Below, piece by piece: positions 1 to 10,304 of a DNA stretch of 54,085 bases (positions are counted from its first letter, which is position 1; each line of letters starts with the position of its first letter). The stretch spans positions 1 to 54,085 of the forward strand of contig CACXGK010000069.1 of assembly GCA_902767115.1 (NCBI GenBank), in the 5' to 3' direction. A program made the translations under genes and the position numbers. The DNA is from an uncultured Ruminococcus sp. (GTDB taxonomy: Bacteria; Bacillota; Clostridia; Oscillospirales; Ruminococcaceae). The notes beneath the pieces were generated by a model. It made no database searches. It worked only from the letters and a program-made list of their open reading frames with translations, and was not told the origin of the DNA.

Positions 1-50
1 ACGACAAGATCAACCGGGTCAATATCAAATAATGGGGGAACACTGAATCT

Positions 51-917
51 ATGGGAACACAATTCTGGTGGTTTTACGATGTACTGGCTGCTGCGCTGAC
101 GATCGGCATTGTGTATGTGGTCGTCGCCAAGGGCTTTAACAAGGTCGTATTCCAGCTTGTCGCCTTTGTGGCGTCTTTGCTTGTGGGCATTTTAGGAGCC
201 AATTTCCTGGCGCCGAAGGTCTACGAGGAAATGTTCCAGGATAAGGTACGGGGCAGCATCCGTTACTGCCTGGAGGACGAGAATTTTGACATTTACGAAA
301 GTGCTTCCGAAGCCCTTGCGCTTTCGGCAGCACAGGACGAAAAGACCCCCGATGCCGAGGAGCTGCACACCGCCTTCATCAAGGCAAGCAAAGCCCCCAC
401 GCCGGTATTGGAGGACTGGTATATGGAAGCCTTCTCGAATGTGCTGCTGTCGCATCTCAACCGAGTGCAGCCAATGCATCCGATGACGGCATACGCTCCG
501 ATCGAATGGATGTCACAGCCGGGAGGCTGGTGCGATGTCCTGACTGTCTTTGAGGAAGGGCACAGTGCTGATCTGGTCATTGAGCACATCGAGGAGACCT
601 GCTACCGGGATAACTACATCCAGCTTGTCCGTCTGGCGATGTTCCTGCTCATCGAGCTTGTGATGCTCATCATCTGCTGCGTGATTGCCTCCATGACGAA
701 CAATCTTGACCAGTCCATGCACCTGCGCCGTGGGGATCATATCCTGGCACTTCCGGTCGCATTGGTCGAGGTAATCGTATTCCTCTTTGTCATCTGTGTG
801 ACTGTTCGGTTCATTGTCCAGTTCACGGACGGGGAGATGCTCCTTTTCAATCAGCCTACAATCGACGAAACCTTCGTCTTTCGGTATATTTACGGCGTTC
901 AGGAGATGCTTTTCTGA
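51..917 (+). CDS. CvpA-like integral membrane protein (hypothetical)
   Basis: 288-aa ORF. The N-terminal hydrophobic helices (FWWFYDVLAAALTIGIVYVVVAKGF..LVAFVASLLVGILGANFL) resemble the start of CvpA-family proteins, and there are more TM helices near the C-terminus. The family call is by eye only. Confidence 0.5.
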   Translation: MGTQFWWFYDVLAAALTIGIVYVVVAKGFNKVVFQLVAFVASLLVGILGANFLAPKVYEEMFQDKVRGSIRYCLEDENFDIYESASEALALSAAQDEKTPDAEELHTAFIKASKAPTPVLEDWYMEAFSNVLLSHLNRVQPMHPMTAYAPIEWMSQPGGWCDVLTVFEEGHSADLVIEHIEETCYRDNYIQLVRLAMFLLIELVMLIICCVIASMTNNLDQSMHLRRGDHILALPVALVEVIVFLFVICVTVRFIVQFTDGEMLLFNQPTIDETFVFRYIYGVQEMLF

Positions 918-965
918 CGCACCGCCCCGGGCGGAATCCCACCACAGAAAGGATGATATCCACCA

Positions 966-3293
966 ATGTTACTTTGCTCCAAATGCCAGAAGCGCCCTGC
1001 GATTATCTTCGTATCCGGTATGCAGGGAAATGAGAAGCGCAACGAGGGCTATTGCCTGGTATGTGCCAAGGAATTGAACATTCCGCAGATCTCGGATTAT
1101 CTGAATCGCAACCACATCAGCGAGGACGATCTGGAGAAGATGTCTGACGAAATGATGAATATGATGCATGAGACAGGTCTGGATGCCCTGACAGACGAGG
1201 ACTCCGATGCTTCGGAGATCCTCAATGGCACCATTGACGCCATGCCGAATTTCCTGCGTGGACTGTTCGGCAGCGGTGCTTCCTCCAATTCCCAGTCCGG
1301 CGGCAGCGAACCCGACCGCCATGCCGGCAAGGAGAAGAAGCAGAAGGATAAGCCGGAGCGCAAAAAGCGCCGTGAGGAGCCGGAATTCAAGTTCCTCGAC
1401 AACTACTGCACGAATCTGTCCAAGCGTGCCGAGGAAGGCGAGCTTGACCGCATTGTCGGACGTGACCGTGAGATCGCCCGTGCGATGCAGATCCTTTCCC
1501 GCCGCACGAAGAACAACCCCTGCCTGATCGGTGAACCCGGCGTCGGCAAGACCGCTATCGCAGAGGGCATTGCGCAGCATATCGCAGCAGGGGATGCGCC
1601 GTTCCATCTGCTTGACAAGAAAATTTATCTCCTTGACCTGACCGCACTCGTTGCCGGGACGCAGTTCCGTGGGCAGTTCGAGAGCCGTGTCAAGGGGCTG
1701 ATCGCAGACGTTGTCAAGGCTGGCAATGCCATTTTGTTCATTGATGAGGTTCACAATCTCGTCGGTGCCGGCGATTCCGAAGGCTCCATGAACGCCGCCA
1801 ACATCCTCAAGCCTGCCCTGTCCCGTGGCGAGATCCAGGTCATCGGTGCGACCACCTTCAAGGAGTACCGCAAGTACATCGAGAAGGACTCGGCACTCGA
1901 ACGCCGTTTCCAGCCCGTCACCGTCACCGAGCCGACCGTGGAGGAGACTGCGGAGGTCCTCAAGGGCATCCGGGAGTACTACGAGAAGTACCACCGTGTT
2001 CACATCAACGATGTGATCCTGCGGCTGTGTGCTGTGCTTTCGGAGCGTTATATCACGAGCCGTTTCCTGCCGGACAAGGCGATCGACCTGCTCGATGAGA
2101 GCTGCGCATACCGCAGCATCCGTGCCACGGAGCTGACCGACCTTGACAAGACAGTTGCCGAGCTTGACGCCGAGAACCTGCGCCTTGGTGAGCTGACCGA
2201 TGCCGAGGAGCTGGACTACGAGAAGATCGCCGACTGCAAGTCCAAGATCTCCCGCCTCGAAGTCCGCAAGAAGGAGCTGACCGCCAAGTGCGAACAGATC
2301 GAAGTCGCCGAGCAGGATCTCGCAGCCGTGATCGAGCTCTGGACGGGTATCCCGGCAAATAAGATCGCCGAGACCGAAATGACCCGTATGAAGAACCTCG
2401 CTGACCGTCTGCGTCAGAAGGTCGTTGGACAGGACGAGGCTGTTGACGCCCTCGCCAAATCCATCAAGCGCACCCGTGTGCAGCTCTCCGAGCGTATCCG
2501 CCCGGCGTCCTTCATTTTCGTGGGACCCACCGGCGTTGGTAAGACCGAGCTGGTCAAGGTGCTTGCAGCCGAGCTCTTTGATGCCGCAGATCCGCTGATC
2601 CGTCTGGACATGACCGAATTCATGGAGAAGCACAGCGTTGCACGCCTGATCGGTTCTCCTCCGGGATATGTCGGCTATGACGAAGCCGGTCAGCTCACCG
2701 AAAAGGTACGCCGCAAGCCCTATTCCGTCATCCTGTTTGACGAGATCGAAAAGGCGCATCCGGACGTTATGAACATCCTCATGCAGATCCTCGACGAAGG
2801 ACAGATCGAGGATGCGCAGGGCAGAACGGTCTCCTTTGCGCATACCGTCATCTGCATGACCTCGAATGCCGGTTCGACCGACAAGAGCACCGGTGTCGGC
2901 TTTAACCGTACCCTGGAGGACATCAGCAAGGATAAGGCAATGAAGGCACTCCGGGAATTCCTGCGGCCTGAATTTATCAGCCGTATTGACGAGATCATCG
3001 TATTCAAGCCCCTGACCGAGGCGAATTATGCCGATATTGCCGGACTTATGATTGAGGAAATGCGTGTGCCGCTGGCAGAGAAGGGAATCGGTCTTTCGTT
3101 CGACCGTGAAGCACTTGAACAGATCGCAGCGGAAGCCTTCGGCAAGAAATACGGTGCCCGTGAGATCCGCCGTGTCCTTCGTGAGCGTGTGGAGGATAAG
3201 ATCGCCTCCGAGATCATCGACAAGGGCGCCCATCTGACGCATATTCACATCAAGGCAGATACAGACGGCGTGGAAGTCGAATTTACAACGTAA
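966..3293 (+). CDS. clpC: ClpA/ClpC-family ATP-dependent Clp protease ATP-binding subunit with an atypical zinc-ribbon N-terminus
   Basis: 775 aa with two AAA+ modules (Walker A GEPGVGKT and GPTGVGKT). It has a short coiled-coil middle domain and a VGF loop (STGVGFNR) of the ClpP-docking type. The N-terminus is CSKC..x22..CLVC plus a charged linker, not a canonical Clp N-domain. Confidence 0.88.
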   Translation: MLLCSKCQKRPAIIFVSGMQGNEKRNEGYCLVCAKELNIPQISDYLNRNHISEDDLEKMSDEMMNMMHETGLDALTDEDSDASEILNGTIDAMPNFLRGLFGSGASSNSQSGGSEPDRHAGKEKKQKDKPERKKRREEPEFKFLDNYCTNLSKRAEEGELDRIVGRDREIARAMQILSRRTKNNPCLIGEPGVGKTAIAEGIAQHIAAGDAPFHLLDKKIYLLDLTALVAGTQFRGQFESRVKGLIADVVKAGNAILFIDEVHNLVGAGDSEGSMNAANILKPALSRGEIQVIGATTFKEYRKYIEKDSALERRFQPVTVTEPTVEETAEVLKGIREYYEKYHRVHINDVILRLCAVLSERYITSRFLPDKAIDLLDESCAYRSIRATELTDLDKTVAELDAENLRLGELTDAEELDYEKIADCKSKISRLEVRKKELTAKCEQIEVAEQDLAAVIELWTGIPANKIAETEMTRMKNLADRLRQKVVGQDEAVDALAKSIKRTRVQLSERIRPASFIFVGPTGVGKTELVKVLAAELFDAADPLIRLDMTEFMEKHSVARLIGSPPGYVGYDEAGQLTEKVRRKPYSVILFDEIEKAHPDVMNILMQILDEGQIEDAQGRTVSFAHTVICMTSNAGSTDKSTGVGFNRTLEDISKDKAMKALREFLRPEFISRIDEIIVFKPLTEANYADIAGLMIEEMRVPLAEKGIGLSFDREALEQIAAEAFGKKYGAREIRRVLRERVEDKIASEIIDKGAHLTHIHIKADTDGVEVEFTT

Positions 3294-3295
3294 AT

Positions 3296-3320
3296 AAAGG
3301 GGGCAATGCCCCCTTTTTCT
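3296..3320 (+). terminator. rho-independent terminator after clpC
   Basis: The stem is GGGGGC-AAT-GCCCCC, flanked by AAA and TTTTT, and it starts 3 nt after the stop codon. Confidence 0.7.
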
Positions 3321-3340
3321 ACGATAACAGGAGAACAGAT

Positions 3341-4480
3341 ATGTATACACTTATCAAAACCGAAGGTCTGGCACGCAGAGGTCAGGTCGAAACTGTCCAT
3401 GGCACGTTCCAGACCCCGTGTTTTATGAACGTCGGCACCTCCGCTGCGATCAAGGGCGGCGTGAGCTCCCCGGAGCTGGTCGATCTCAAATGTCAGGTCG
3501 AGCTGTGCAATACCTACCATCTGCACCTGCGCCCCGGCGACGAGATCATCCATAAGATGGGCGGTCTGCACAAGTTTATGAACTGGCATCGTCCGATCCT
3601 GACGGATTCCGGCGGTTTCCAGGTATTTTCCCTGGCAAAGCTGCGTAAGATCAAAGAGGAAGGCGTCTACTTCCAGTCCCATCTCGACGGCAAGCGTATT
3701 TTCATGGGACCGGAGGAGAGCATCCGCATCCAGTCGCACCTTGCATCGACGATTGCAATGGCATTCGATGAATGCGTGGAAAATCCGGCACCCTATGATT
3801 ACTCCGCCCGTTCCTGCGAGCGCACCACACGCTGGCTCATCCGCTGCAAGAACGAAATGGAACGCCTGTCAGCTCTTCCCGACACCATCAACCCCAAGCA
3901 AATGCTCTTTGGCATCAATCAGGGCTGCACCTTCGAGCGTCTGCGTGTGGAGCATATGCAGGCGATTGCCGAGCTTGATCTCGATGGCTACGCAGTCGGC
4001 GGTCTTGCCGTTGGTGAGCCGACGGAGGATATGTATCGGATTCTGGACTGTGTCGTGCCGTTCATGCCGGTACACAAGCCACGTTACCTGATGGGAGTCG
4101 GCACGCCTTCCAATATCATTGAAGCCGTTGCACGGGGCATTGATATGTTCGACTGCGTCATGCCGACCCGCAATGCCCGTCACGGCACGATCTTCACCTG
4201 GAGTGGAATGCGTCACATGAAGAACCGCACCTACGAGACGGATCCCCGTCCGATGGACGAGGAATGTACGTGTCCGGCGTGCCGGAATTTCTCCCGTGCC
4301 TACGTTCGTCACCTGTTCAAGGCAAACGAGATGCTCGCCGGCAGACTGACCGTCATCCACAATCTCTATTTTTATAATACGCTTGCCGAGCGCATCCGTG
4401 AATCGCTTGACAATGGCACCTTTGCGGATTTCCGTGCGAAATATTCCAATCTCCTCTCCCAGAAGGCACCGGAGGACTGA
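3341..4480 (+). CDS. tgt: queuine tRNA-ribosyltransferase (tRNA-guanine transglycosylase)
   Basis: 379 aa. It shows the DSGGFQV catalytic motif, the zinc site CTCPAC..H, and family-typical sequence along its whole length (MYTLIKTEG..., LAVGEP, MPTRNARHG). Confidence 0.97.
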   Translation: MYTLIKTEGLARRGQVETVHGTFQTPCFMNVGTSAAIKGGVSSPELVDLKCQVELCNTYHLHLRPGDEIIHKMGGLHKFMNWHRPILTDSGGFQVFSLAKLRKIKEEGVYFQSHLDGKRIFMGPEESIRIQSHLASTIAMAFDECVENPAPYDYSARSCERTTRWLIRCKNEMERLSALPDTINPKQMLFGINQGCTFERLRVEHMQAIAELDLDGYAVGGLAVGEPTEDMYRILDCVVPFMPVHKPRYLMGVGTPSNIIEAVARGIDMFDCVMPTRNARHGTIFTWSGMRHMKNRTYETDPRPMDEECTCPACRNFSRAYVRHLFKANEMLAGRLTVIHNLYFYNTLAERIRESLDNGTFADFRAKYSNLLSQKAPED

Positions 4481-4486
4481 TCGTCT

Positions 4487-5053
4487 ATGACCTTACTTGA
4501 ACTTATCCTGATTGGGATCGGGCTGTCGATGGATGCCTTTGCGGTATCCATCACGAACGGTCTGAGCTGCAAATCGCTCAGGCGCACCCAGATGCTTGCA
4601 GACGCTGTCTGTTTCGGCGTCTTTCAGGGATTGATGCCGACGCTCGGCTTCTTTCTCGGAAAGGCGTTTGCGGCGTATATCTGCGCCTTTGACCACTGGA
4701 TCGCACTCATTCTGCTTGGCTATATCGGCGGCAAAATGATCTTTGACGCCCTCAGACCTGACGAGGAAAGCGGCAGCTACACCCTTACCCCGAAGCTGCT
4801 CCTGACACAGGGCATCGCCACAAGCATCGATGCGCTGGCAGTCGGTGTGAGCTTTGCGGCGCTGCCGAATGTGAACATCGTGTATGCGGCGCTTCTGATC
4901 TGCTTTGAGACCTTTGCTTTTTCGCTGGTCGGCATCGTGTTCGGCAAGAAAGTCGGCGCCAGACTTGGTGACCGTGCGCAGCTTGTCGGCGGACTGATCC
5001 TGATCGGCATCGGGCTGAAAATTTTCATTGAGCATATGTTCTTTGGCGGTTAA
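4487..5053 (+). CDS. mntP: manganese efflux pump MntP
   Basis: 188 aa. It has the duplicated DUF204-type motif (GLSMDAFAVS and ATSIDALAVG) and about 6 TM helices. It starts 7 nt after the tgt stop. Confidence 0.9.
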   Translation: MTLLELILIGIGLSMDAFAVSITNGLSCKSLRRTQMLADAVCFGVFQGLMPTLGFFLGKAFAAYICAFDHWIALILLGYIGGKMIFDALRPDEESGSYTLTPKLLLTQGIATSIDALAVGVSFAALPNVNIVYAALLICFETFAFSLVGIVFGKKVGARLGDRAQLVGGLILIGIGLKIFIEHMFFGG

Positions 5054-5057
5054 AGCC

Positions 5058-5098
5058 ATCCCCCTTTTCAACGGAGAAGGGGGATATTTTGCATTTTG
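5058..5098 (+). terminator. rho-independent terminator after tgt-mntP
   Basis: The stem ATCCCCCTT / AAGGGGGAT has a 10-nt loop and is followed by ATTTTGCATTTTG. Confidence 0.75.
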
Positions 5099-5158
5099 CA
5101 AAAAATGTGTGACCAAATCCATCCATTTGGCATCTATCAGGATAGAGGGGGTGAGAGC

Positions 5159-5719
5159 ATGAGCGACGATCGCTCGATCATCGAAGGACTGAACCGCCGT
5201 GACGAAAGCGCCTTGCAAGCGATCCGGCAGCAATACGGCACCTATTGTCACAATCTGGCGTACCGCATTTTGGAGAGCCACGAGGACGCCGAGGAATGCG
5301 TGGATGATATGCTCATGGCAGTCTGGGACAGCATCCCCCCTCAGCATCCCGACAGCCTGCAAGCGTACCTCATCACGATCGTGCGCCGTGTAGCCCTCTC
5401 CCGTTACCGGCACGAGCACCGCCAGAAACGTGGCGGCGGCGCCTTTACGACAGCGCTCGACGAGCTCTCAGACATTCTCCCCTCGGACGAGCATCTGGAG
5501 GACACCATCGAACAGCGTGAGCTCAGCCGTGCGCTGCAAAGCTTTCTGCTCACGCTCAAAGCCGACACAAGACAAGCATTCCTGCGCCGCTACTTCCTGT
5601 CGGAGCCGGTGCAGACCATCGCTGAAACCTTAGGGACGAGCCAGAGTGCCATTAAAATGGCGCTTCACCGCACCCGGAAGAAACTAAAAGCCTACCTGGA
5701 AAAGGAGGGATTGCTGTGA
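5159..5719 (+). CDS. ECF-type RNA polymerase sigma-70 family factor
   Basis: The ORF opens at 5096, but the ATG at 5159 follows a GAGGGGGTGAG Shine-Dalgarno sequence. Region 2 is present (YCHNLAYRIL..HEDAEECVDDMLMAVW), as is the region 4 HTH (VQTIAETLGTSQSAIKMALHRTRKKL). Confidence 0.85.
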   Translation: MSDDRSIIEGLNRRDESALQAIRQQYGTYCHNLAYRILESHEDAEECVDDMLMAVWDSIPPQHPDSLQAYLITIVRRVALSRYRHEHRQKRGGGAFTTALDELSDILPSDEHLEDTIEQRELSRALQSFLLTLKADTRQAFLRRYFLSEPVQTIAETLGTSQSAIKMALHRTRKKLKAYLEKEGLL

Positions 5720-6756
5720 GACCGCTTGACCTGATGGAAGCACTTGGGGACATCCCGGAGGAAACCGTTTCCGAACTGCTCACGCAGCCGCCCTCCCGTC
5801 CGAAATATCGCATGAGACGTCATATGACCGCCGTACTCGCCGCAGCCGCCTGCCTGGTCGTGACCCTTGGCGCCGTCAATGGCATCTGGCGCCGGCAGCA
5901 GGGGATCGAGACCCTCCCACCCCAGGAGACCCAGACCACGACCACCACATCGGTGACAACTACGACTGCCATTTCTGACATCATCCCCACGAGCCCTGCC
6001 GAAACCGCCGCCGCAACGCACATTCCCTCCACGACACCCCCATCCACCACAAACGCACCACAGACCGCTGCCCCCCAGACCGCCGCTCCTGTCGAGGTAA
6101 AGCCACCAACGGTATTTGTCCCGACGGAGCCTGAACCTGTCACCATTCCTGCCACGACCGCAGCCCCCGTCACGACCACCGCCCTTCCGGAACCCACCAC
6201 ACCCGAACCGACTGCATACAGCGGCGATGATGCTGTCACCACCACTGACCCCTTAGAGTCACCGGGAGAAGAAATCACTGGCACAGAAACCACCGCCACG
6301 ACCCCGGTACTCACGGAAGATGAGCTGTACAGGATTCTGGAAGGCTTTGAGGTCATCAAGTTTGCGGAGCCGGAGGAGGACTACTACGAGCTGAACATCC
6401 GTCCCACCCTGGAAAGCGACAACCCGACGAGCTTTCGCAAAGTCCGCTACGCCCTGCCCCCGGAAAGCGGCGGTACGGTCACCAACCGTTCTTTTGAGCA
6501 GGTAAACGGTGCCCAGGTGCAGGTGCTCTACATCGACCATCCGGTTTTGGGCAAATTCACGGTAAACCTGTATCTTCGCCCTGATTTTAGCGTCACTGTT
6601 CCCCATGAACGCATAGCCCCCGTATCCATCCCTCACACAGGCGCTGCCTTCTATTACACCTCCTGGCGTGACGGCACCGGCTGGTACGTGTGGGACGACG
6701 GAAGCTTTATCCTGACCAGCACATCCGCAGGCGTATTTGACCTGCGATTACAGTAA
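5716..6756 (+). CDS. putative anti-sigma factor: single-pass membrane protein with Thr/Pro-rich stalk and unknown C-terminal domain
   Basis: The GTG start overlaps the sigma stop (GTGA). It has a short cytoplasmic N-terminus and one TM helix (TAVLAAAACLVVTLGAV). A Thr/Pro-rich segment of roughly 130-150 aa and a ~150-aa globular C-terminus follow. The role is inferred from position only. Confidence 0.55.
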   Translation: MRPLDLMEALGDIPEETVSELLTQPPSRPKYRMRRHMTAVLAAAACLVVTLGAVNGIWRRQQGIETLPPQETQTTTTTSVTTTTAISDIIPTSPAETAAATHIPSTTPPSTTNAPQTAAPQTAAPVEVKPPTVFVPTEPEPVTIPATTAAPVTTTALPEPTTPEPTAYSGDDAVTTTDPLESPGEEITGTETTATTPVLTEDELYRILEGFEVIKFAEPEEDYYELNIRPTLESDNPTSFRKVRYALPPESGGTVTNRSFEQVNGAQVQVLYIDHPVLGKFTVNLYLRPDFSVTVPHERIAPVSIPHTGAAFYYTSWRDGTGWYVWDDGSFILTSTSAGVFDLRLQ

Positions 6757-6769
6757 AGGAGTTGATCGT

Positions 6770-7678
6770 ATGAAACGCATCACAGCTATTCTGACCGGCA
6801 TCGCCATGCTCCTTGCCGGCATCGGACAGACCCCGGTTTTTGCATCCCATACGTTTGAAGAACCGATGGACGAAACAGAACGTGCCGAAATTCTGGAGCA
6901 GCACGCCGATCAGTACACGCTCGTAGACGGCGTCTACTACAGCGCCACCGGCTATCCGCTTTCCATTCTGGAAGAATACATCCCCAACGCCGGCGACTGC
7001 GACCGGTACCCTCTGCTGACAGCCCTTGCCGCCGAGCATCCGGATGCGAAATTTGCCGTAGACGTGCAGAGCTGGGTGTCGTACTACTTCAAGGAAGAAC
7101 GGAAAGCCTTTCAGGACACCGCCACCATTGACGGCATGACCTACACAGAATTCTGGCAGAAAGCCTATGAAATCGAGCAAAACGGCACCCGACAGGAAAA
7201 GGACGCCATGCTGGAGCAATGCAAAACCGTCCTCGCCGAGGAGCAGGCGTACATTGCCAAGCTCGAAGCGCAGGTGCGTGAGGAGGAGCAGGCGCTGTTT
7301 CTCGAAAACGGACTGACCTCTCTTGAAGGCGGCAATCCCGCCTGGCGCAATGACACCTTCATCCTGACCGCTGAGCAGGTGAACGACTTCCCCGGACATG
7401 AGAAATGCGGCTATATGCTGGGACTTGCAGCTCTGCCGCAGGAAACGCTGGAAACCTCCGAGACCTCGGACATTCCCACCGTTCTCCTTGGTGACGTCAC
7501 CGAGGACGGCGTGATCGACATCATGGACGTGCTCCTGATGAACCGCTATCTGCTCGGCAAATCCCCCATCTCTGACACGCAGAAGCTTGCCGCCGACACC
7601 GACCGCAACGGTGTGTTCGACTTCACCGATTCGCTCCTCATCCTCAAATACGTCGTAGAAGTGATCGACGCCTTCTAA
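6770..7678 (+). CDS. secreted dockerin-containing protein of unknown function
   Basis: The ATG at 6770 is preceded by AAAGGAG. There is a signal peptide (MKRITAILTGIAMLLAGIG). The C-terminal type-I dockerin shows two Ca-binding repeats (DVTEDGVIDIMDVLLMNRYL / DTDRNGVFDFTDSLLILKYV). Confidence 0.8.
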   Translation: MKRITAILTGIAMLLAGIGQTPVFASHTFEEPMDETERAEILEQHADQYTLVDGVYYSATGYPLSILEEYIPNAGDCDRYPLLTALAAEHPDAKFAVDVQSWVSYYFKEERKAFQDTATIDGMTYTEFWQKAYEIEQNGTRQEKDAMLEQCKTVLAEEQAYIAKLEAQVREEEQALFLENGLTSLEGGNPAWRNDTFILTAEQVNDFPGHEKCGYMLGLAALPQETLETSETSDIPTVLLGDVTEDGVIDIMDVLLMNRYLLGKSPISDTQKLAADTDRNGVFDFTDSLLILKYVVEVIDAF

Positions 7679-7684
7679 ATACAC

Positions 7685-7718
7685 AAAACGCCGCAGATTC
7701 CGATTCTGCGGCGTTTTT
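7685..7718. terminator. bidirectional terminator between the dockerin gene and queA
   Basis: A 13-bp stem AAAACGCCGCAGA / TCTGCGGCGTTTT with a 7-nt loop. A/T runs on both sides let it serve both convergent genes. Confidence 0.8.
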
Positions 7719-7729
7719 GTGCATGATCG

Positions 7730-8782
7730 TCAATTCTTGTGCGCTGTGACCCCATTCGCAATGAACATCGCATCGCCAAAGGAAAAGAACCGGTATTCCT
7801 CCTCAACAGCGATCTTGTAAGCCGCCATCGTATGCTCATACCCCATAAACGCCGAAACCAGCATGATGAGCGTGCTCTCCGGCAAATGGAAATTGGTGAT
7901 GAGCCCGTCAATGACCTTGAACTCGTATCCCGGATAGATGAAAATATCCGTATCCCCCTCACAGGCAGTCAGTGCGCCCTCGCAGCGCTGTGCCGCACTT
8001 TCGAGTGTCCGGCAGGATGTCGTTCCCACCGAGATGACCCGACCGCCGGCAGCTTTGGTCTGGTTGATAAGGTCGGCAGTCTCCTGCGGTAGCAGAAAAT
8101 GCTCTGTATGCATATGATGCTTGAGGATATCGTCCTCCTTGACCGGTCGAAATGTTCCCAGCCCGACGTGCAGCGTCACATAGGCGATATGCACCCCCTG
8201 CTTTTGCAGGTCAGACAGCATTTCCTTTGTGAAATGCAGACCAGCCGTCGGCGCTGCCGCAGACCCAAGCTCACGGGAGTAGACGGTCTGGTAGCGTTCC
8301 TTGTCCTGGAGCTTTTCGGTGATGTATGGCGGCAGCGGCATCTGTCCGATCTCGTCGAGGGCGGCGTAGATGCTTCCCTCACATTCAAACTGCACGATGC
8401 GGTTTCCGTCGTCGAGGACTTCGAGAACCTCGGCTTTGAGCCTGCCGCCGCCGAAGGAGAACCGTGCGCCCGGCTTGCATTTCTTGCCCGGACGGCAGAT
8501 GATCTCCCAGACCTTGTCCCCGTGCTGGGTCAGCAGCAGGAACTCCACAAAGCTCCCGGTGTTCTCCTTCTCACCGTAAAGCCTTGCCGGCAGCACACGG
8601 GAATCATTGAGCACGAGCAGGTCGCCGGGGCGCAGAAATGCCCCAAGATCGTAGAAATGCTTATGCACCACATCCCCCGTGGTGCGGTCCACGCACATCA
8701 ACCGGGATGCGTTCCGGGGCTCGATGGGTGTTTGTGCGATCAGACGCTCAGGAAGTTCATAAAAGAAATCGGATTTTTTCAT
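7730..8782 (-). CDS. queA: S-adenosylmethionine:tRNA ribosyltransferase-isomerase
   Basis: The start is set at [23 protein letters not shown] (350 aa), which matches the QueA family end to end ([22 protein letters not shown]). The longer ORF reaching 8875 would run through the divergent lys promoter. Confidence 0.95.
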   Translation of the reverse strand: MKKSDFFYELPERLIAQTPIEPRNASRLMCVDRTTGDVVHKHFYDLGAFLRPGDLLVLNDSRVLPARLYGEKENTGSFVEFLLLTQHGDKVWEIICRPGKKCKPGARFSFGGGRLKAEVLEVLDDGNRIVQFECEGSIYAALDEIGQMPLPPYITEKLQDKERYQTVYSRELGSAAAPTAGLHFTKEMLSDLQKQGVHIAYVTLHVGLGTFRPVKEDDILKHHMHTEHFLLPQETADLINQTKAAGGRVISVGTTSCRTLESAAQRCEGALTACEGDTDIFIYPGYEFKVIDGLITNFHLPESTLIMLVSAFMGYEHTMAAYKIAVEEEYRFFSFGDAMFIANGVTAHKN

Positions 8783-8839
8783 AAAATACGCTCCAATCTT
8801 AAAATTATGTGAATCATTGAAGATTTTTCGCCAAACCTC

Positions 8840-8868
8840 TTGACAAATCCGGCGGGAAATGCTATCAT
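8840..8868 (+). promoter_or_regulatory. sigma-A promoter for the lysine riboswitch/asd-dapA-dapB unit
   Basis: TTGACA (8840-8845), a 17-nt spacer, then TGcTATCAT (-10 hexamer at 8863-8868). Confidence 0.65.
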
Positions 8869-8877
8869 AGAACATAG

Positions 8878-9038
8878 GATAGAGGTGCGGCTGCGATCAG
8901 TAGCAGCTCTGAGGGCGCTCAGCCCTGCGAGGAGCTGTCAAAGGCAAGGCCGCCGAAGGGAGTTTTCCTGAGCAGAAATCTCTCTGGTGCTTTACTGAAT
9001 AAGTAACGCACTGTCATCATGTGTGATGGAGAGCTATC
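8878..9038 (+). promoter_or_regulatory. lysine riboswitch (L-box) aptamer
   Basis: The conserved L-box blocks appear in the correct order: GAUAGAGGUGCGG, CAGUAGCAGCUC, GCCGAAGGGAG, CUGGUGC, UGAAUAA and CACUGUCA..GGAGAGCUAUC. The last block closes P1 with the 5' GAUAG. The element lies upstream of lysine/DAP biosynthesis genes. Confidence 0.9.
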
Positions 9039-9076
9039 GGCAGCACAAGCCAATAATTCTATTATAACGCATGATG

Positions 9077-9099
9077 AACCGGTTTGCAACCGGTTTTTT
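9077..9099 (+). terminator. riboswitch expression-platform terminator
   Basis: AACCGG-tttgcaa-CCGGTT followed by TTTTTT, 66 nt before the asd start. Confidence 0.75.
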
Positions 9100-9164
9100 C
9101 AATATTCCCTAAATTTTTTCTTCCACGTCGGTCCTAACGGGGGAGAAGTAAGGAGAAATGTGTT

Positions 9165-10247
<1,083 letters not shown>

Positions 10248-10304
10248 TCACTGATTGCGTACAACGCATACCATATGTATTTCTAACGAATTGGAGGGAT
10301 AACT

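Noticed and set aside
1-32. A possible 3' end of an upstream CDS (frame 3 reads DKINRVNIK and then a stop at 30-32).
   Set aside because: Only 9 codons are visible, so there is nothing to support a call.
969-3350. A 793-aa ORF on the minus strand spanning the whole clpC gene.
   Set aside because: It is exactly antisense to a gene with unmistakable AAA+ motifs. Its translation is low-complexity (L/G/R/D/V-rich) with no recognisable domain. Long antisense ORFs are a known by-product of GC-rich codon usage.
8783-8875. An N-terminal extension of the queA ORF in the track (start at 8875).
   Set aside because: QueA family sequence starts at [11 protein letters not shown] (8782). The extension would read through the divergent lysine-riboswitch promoter.
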